DNA from: an uncultured Pseudomonadota bacterium
Lineage (GTDB): Bacteria > Pseudomonadota > Alphaproteobacteria > Rs-D84
Direction: 5' to 3'
NCBI GenBank assembly: GCA_902784285.1
Contig: CACZUL010000001.1
Location: 1 to 44,530, forward strand
Length of the DNA: 44,530 nt
Positions 40,690-44,530 of this stretch are shown here, piece after piece (positions within the stretch are counted from its first letter, which is position 1; each line of letters starts with the position of its first letter). The position numbers and the translations under genes were made by a program. The notes under the pieces are model-generated. The model was not told the DNA's origin, ran no database searches, and saw only the letters and a list, made by a program, of their open reading frames with translations.

Positions 40690-42324
40690 CTACATACCAC
40701 ATGCCCCGCCGTCGCAATCTTCGACAAATTCTTCAACTGCGACATTGGCAACTGGAACCATTTTTCCGCCATTTGGATCGGTATATGTAACCTCTTTCAC
40801 GACGCGAACGCGGCGATTTTCAGCATTTGGCACACCGTCCGGTGTCCAAACCTTTAAATCTTCTTCGCCCGCGGAAACCGCGACAATCTGACTTGCCGGG
40901 ATACCGCGTTCAATTAACATCTTTTGAACCGCCTCGGCACGGCGACCACCCAAGGCATAATTATAAGATTTACTGCCCGAAGTGTCTGTATGCCCAACGA
41001 CCGAAATCTTAACATTTTTATTATTTTGGGTAACGGTTGCCAATTTCCGTATTACATCGTCGTATTCCGGTTTAATCTTGGCCTTGTCAAAATCGAATCG
41101 GATTTCAAAGACTTCTTCCATAACGTGTTGTTTCGGTTCCAGCGGAATCTGTTGAACCTTGATAATTGTGGTTTCGTCATAGTCATCCCGGGCCGCCGGC
41201 TGGGCCGCAGACAATTTATCTAAACGCGCATTTATTGCCGCCAATTCCGCGCGCATTGCCATCATCATATCGATAAATTCTTGACGCGAAACCAAATCAT
41301 CCGCAACGATAGTGATTTCTTCTTCTGTATCGGCACAATCACATGGTTCCACGACCGGTTGTGCGACAACAGTTGGTGTTCCGTTCACAGTTACGGATAC
41401 CGGTTGATAATCCATTGAATCACGATTTGCCCCGCACGGACAACCCGCATTAAGATTATTATCGCTGTTACGTTTGCTGTTATCGTTAAGTGTTTTATCG
41501 CCACCATAAATATTCTGATTAAATACCAACGGTTGTTGATCCACAGGAACCGGATTTATAAGATGTTCTGGGACATTAACATTGTTAACAATAATTACCC
41601 CCTCACGCGTACGATTCGCACCACGCATCGCCGCCATATTTGATGTTTCCGGATAATACGCCGGCACCGCTGCGCGCGCTTGTTCCGCATTTGACACCAT
41701 CATCTCACTTGTTGTAACGGTCTCTGTGGTTGTCATACGCGATGGATTATTTACAATTTTACCACCACGACAATCCCGCAACGCAGTCATAGTCCGTTCA
41801 AAACGCGCGCGACATTCACGCGCGGTTTTATCTTGGCCCGATGCCACCGCAGAAATCCAACAATCATATTTTGCCTGAAGTTCCGCCGCCAATTCAGGAT
41901 TTGTATCACTTGCATCATTTTTGAATTGTTCAATCATTTCATTATATGCCATGGACAATTCATACGCAGTGTTATCATTGGCTATATCCCAATTATCTAA
42001 TGATTCTGGGAAAGGAACCTCACCCGAAAATGCGGCAACCGCCTTGTTTGCGAACAATTCGCCAATATCAGGATGGCCACTGGTCCGGGCATTATAAATC
42101 GCATAAGAACGATAATTCATCGCCAATTGGTTAAGGAAAGAATCACGATGCGGTGCCGAATATACATCCAAACGTTCAACATAATCAACCGTTGGTGTCG
42201 AAACATATCCATCTGAATATTCCGAATCGACCGTAGATTGCGCACAGCCCGCAACAGCAACAACCGCCGCAAACGCCAACACGCGTGTAATAACCCACAC
42301 CGAAGCCCCAGATTGTATTTTCAT
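40690..42324 (-). CDS. OmpA-domain lipoprotein (peptidoglycan-associated), 544 aa
   Basis: Lipobox AVAG|C after MKIQSGASVWVITRVLAFAAVV. The C-terminal OmpA-like domain has VGHTDTSGSKSYNYALGGRRAEAV...NRRVRVV. SD AGGA. Confidence 0.85.
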   Translation of the reverse strand: MKIQSGASVWVITRVLAFAAVVAVAGCAQSTVDSEYSDGYVSTPTVDYVERLDVYSAPHRDSFLNQLAMNYRSYAIYNARTSGHPDIGELFANKAVAAFSGEVPFPESLDNWDIANDNTAYELSMAYNEMIEQFKNDASDTNPELAAELQAKYDCWISAVASGQDKTARECRARFERTMTALRDCRGGKIVNNPSRMTTTETVTTSEMMVSNAEQARAAVPAYYPETSNMAAMRGANRTREGVIIVNNVNVPEHLINPVPVDQQPLVFNQNIYGGDKTLNDNSKRNSDNNLNAGCPCGANRDSMDYQPVSVTVNGTPTVVAQPVVEPCDCADTEEEITIVADDLVSRQEFIDMMMAMRAELAAINARLDKLSAAQPAARDDYDETTIIKVQQIPLEPKQHVMEEVFEIRFDFDKAKIKPEYDDVIRKLATVTQNNKNVKISVVGHTDTSGSKSYNYALGGRRAEAVQKMLIERGIPASQIVAVSAGEEDLKVWTPDGVPNAENRRVRVVKEVTYTDPNGGKMVPVANVAVEEFVEDCDGGACGM

Positions 42325-42426
42325 AATAGAATCCTTTCTCTTGTCCTTTTTGTGTATTATACGCATTTTGCAATTTTTAGTAAAGCAAAAAACAATACCT
42401 AAATTTCACTTTATGCAAATTGCGGT

Positions 42427-43263
42427 TTACTTATCTAAAAATTGGGTTGCGATATTCGCCAAACCGCCAACACCACTAAGCCCACTTTGATTAACCAAAC
42501 CGGACACAGCATCCATAACATTGCCCGTATTCGTAGATTGGCCCACATTGGCGATATTGCTCTTGATAAAAGTTCCAAAACTTTCCAAACGTTTTGCCGC
42601 CAATTTGTTACCCGAACAATTTGTCGCCTTTTGCAACAAGGCGACCGCCTGGGATGCCTCAGACCGGGTATAATCTTGGTTATCAAAATTTATCATATCA
42701 AACAATGCCCACATATTTGTCATAGTCTTTTTCTTATTATTACTGCATGTAGCATAGGCGGTGCCATCACTGCAGTAGTGTCCAATCGATGCCTTGGGAA
42801 AACCGGCCCACACCGCGCCACGCGCATCAGATTCAGAAAAAACATCATAACACAAAGTGTTACCTGCCGACAAATTCGCCCCAAGTTTACTGACCTGGGT
42901 TTCATACGTTATCGGACTTACACACGCGGTAATTCCGCCCTTGCCAACACCGTTTTTTATAGGATTCACACCACCGGCCAATGCCCACTCTTTAATCATA
43001 TTGTTTACAAATGTAAGTTCGCGTTGTGTTGGTTCACATTCCGCAGTCAACGCCTTTTGTTGTTGATTTAATGCGATGATACCAGTTACCAGATTCAGTG
43101 CCGTGGGCGCAATACTTGCCCCGACATCATTCATAGATGTTGATGATTCACGCTTTGCCACAGAATCCGCCTTTTTCGGCATCAAAACATTTGCCGCGCC
43201 AAACACATTTGTGGCGCCCACAATTCCAGAAATCGCCAAGCATAAAACAATAAATTTTTTCAT
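42427..43263 (-). CDS. Secreted hypothetical protein (278 aa) with 7 Cys in the mature part
   Basis: Signal peptide MKKFIVLCLAISGIVGATNVFG|AAN. No motif recognised. Confidence 0.65.
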   Translation of the reverse strand: MKKFIVLCLAISGIVGATNVFGAANVLMPKKADSVAKRESSTSMNDVGASIAPTALNLVTGIIALNQQQKALTAECEPTQRELTFVNNMIKEWALAGGVNPIKNGVGKGGITACVSPITYETQVSKLGANLSAGNTLCYDVFSESDARGAVWAGFPKASIGHYCSDGTAYATCSNNKKKTMTNMWALFDMINFDNQDYTRSEASQAVALLQKATNCSGNKLAAKRLESFGTFIKSNIANVGQSTNTGNVMDAVSGLVNQSGLSGVGGLANIATQFLDK

Positions 43264-43362
43264 AGCTGAACTCTCTCTTCTGACAGATTGTATCACAAAA
43301 ACAACAAATGAACAAATATAAAAAATTGCTTTTTTAATTATATCGGGCTAACATAGAAATAT

Positions 43363-43842
43363 ATGAAAAAAGATAAACGCAATTTTATTATATTCAGCAA
43401 GCATCGTCGTTGGCAACGGCTGTGGCAATTTTTCTTTACTGGATGGGGTTTGGTAATGGTTGCTGCTTTGGTTGCGGGTGCGCTGTTCACACGACAATTA
43501 CTGTGGTCGCCAATATCGGCAATCAACATGACCGATGTAATCAGCAATCAATTCAAAATGTCAGGGGCATCTTTTCAGGGGATAGATTCAAACGGCGAAC
43601 CGTTTAAAATAAGCGCAGAAATTGGTCGCCAAGAATACGATAATCCTGATGTTATATTTTTGGAACGCGTAACTGGTCAAACAACACAAATCCAAAATGG
43701 TGCCAAGGTTACATATAAATTTTCTGCGAACGGTGCGGAATACAATCGTATAAATAAAACTATTACATTACGGGGCAATGTTCGTATAAAATCAAATAAC
43801 GGCGATGAACTACAAACAAAAGAATTGGTGGTAAGAATATGA
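43363..43842 (+). CDS. lptC: LptC/OstA-like periplasmic LPS-transport protein with an N-terminal membrane anchor
   Basis: A TM anchor WQFFFTGWGLVMVAALVAGALF is followed by a beta-rich region (FKISAEIGRQ...ITLRGNVRIKSNNGDELQTKEL). ATGA coupling to lptB. I infer the family from context and pattern. Confidence 0.55.
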   Translation: MKKDKRNFIIFSKHRRWQRLWQFFFTGWGLVMVAALVAGALFTRQLLWSPISAINMTDVISNQFKMSGASFQGIDSNGEPFKISAEIGRQEYDNPDVIFLERVTGQTTQIQNGAKVTYKFSANGAEYNRINKTITLRGNVRIKSNNGDELQTKELVVRI

Positions 43843-44530
43843 AACAATCTGTATTAAAAGTTGAACACCTTTCAAAATCATACGGCAAACGGATGGTCTT
43901 GCGCGATATTTCAATGATTGCGCGCCAGGGCGAATCGGTTGGCCTTTTGGGACCGAACGGCGCGGGAAAAACAACCGCATTTTATTGCATCACGGGCCAA
44001 TTGCGCGCCACCGGCGGCCAGATATTTTTAAATTCCCAAGATATAACCCACCTGCCGTTTTATCAAAGGGCGCGTTTGCATATCGGATACCTGCCCCAGG
44101 AAAACAGTGTTTTTCGCGGATTGACGGTTGAACAAAACATATTGGCGATATTGGAAGTTGTTGAACCTAATTCAAAAAAGCGCAAACAAAAATTGGATGC
44201 ATTGTTGGAAGAATTTTCTATTTCGCATCTGCGGCACAGCCCGGCAACCGCACTTTCGGGTGGCGAACGTCGCCGTACGGAAATTGCGCGTGCTTTGGCA
44301 ACCGACCCGAACTTTATATTGTTAGACGAACCATTTGCGGGAATTGACCCAATCGCGGTGAACGAGATTAGATGCCTGGTGTCGCAATTAAAAAATCGCG
44401 GATTGGGCGTAATTATTACCGACCACAATGTGCGCGAAACATTGGGCATCACGGACCGCAGTTATGTTCTGCACGATGGGAAAATTTTGAAACACGGCAC
44501 CAGTGCGGAAATCATCCGCGACCCAATGGT
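43839..44530 (+). CDS. lptB: LPS export ABC transporter ATP-binding protein (C-terminus beyond the right edge)
   Basis: Walker A GPNGAGKTT, signature LSGGERRRTEIARAL, Walker B ILLDEPFAGIDP. The frame stays open to the window end. Confidence 0.9.
   Translation, partial: MKQSVLKVEHLSKSYGKRMVLRDISMIARQGESVGLLGPNGAGKTTAFYCITGQLRATGGQIFLNSQDITHLPFYQRARLHIGYLPQENSVFRGLTVEQNILAILEVVEPNSKKRKQKLDALLEEFSISHLRHSPATALSGGERRRTEIARALATDPNFILLDEPFAGIDPIAVNEIRCLVSQLKNRGLGVIITDHNVRETLGITDRSYVLHDGKILKHGTSAEIIRDPM

Noticed and set aside
40690-42324. OmpA/MotB-domain protein as part of a Zorya-like defence system.
   Set aside because: It is a lipoprotein with a long periplasmic N-domain, not a MotB-like TM stator subunit. 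No MotA-like, helicase or nuclease genes are adjacent.

Overview
This is a chromosomal segment from a diderm (Gram-negative-type) bacterium with a moderately low, visibly heterogeneous GC content. I could not run any search, so all product calls come from motifs read in the translations, and the taxon cannot be fixed from this window.

Housekeeping genes:
- Translation and core functions: leuS (truncated at the left edge), rplM-rpsI, tig, hisS-prfA, tatD and tcdA-like genes, tRNA-Pro(UGG), rho, ssb, eno.
- Envelope transport: an lptC-like gene followed by lptB (truncated at the right edge).

Three accessory-looking blocks are interleaved with these:
1. 4.9-7.3 kb: a repeat-rich region that is largely non-coding. 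It ends in a promoter, a roughly 240-nt structured leader and an intrinsic terminator. These lie directly in front of a gene for a secreted protein with a tail-fibre-like N-terminus.
2. 15.5-28.5 kb: a 17-gene type II PKS/FAS-like lipid locus. Its gene content and order match aryl-polyene (ape) clusters, here arranged as two divergent operons around a palindromic promoter region.
3. Lineage-specific envelope genes:
   - an orphan radical SAM enzyme next to a secreted repeat/Cys-rich protein;
   - an out-of-frame overlapping TM-protein/lipoprotein pair with spanin-like layout just after the rho terminator;
   - a 1522-aa autotransporter;
   - a minus-strand envelope cluster at 39.1-43.3 kb containing an OmpA-domain lipoprotein, a strongly signalled 48-aa ORF and two paralogous glycine-zipper/coiled-coil proteins.

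I found no recognisable defence system, CRISPR array, transposase or integrase. The only integration signature is a decayed, interrupted duplicate of the tRNA-Pro 3' end.

The observations I rate highest are the conditional-termination leader at 6211-6483, the spanin-like pair at 30515-30863, the ape-like locus and its palindromic control region, and the paralogous envelope proteins. All of these are hypotheses that need database and structural checks.
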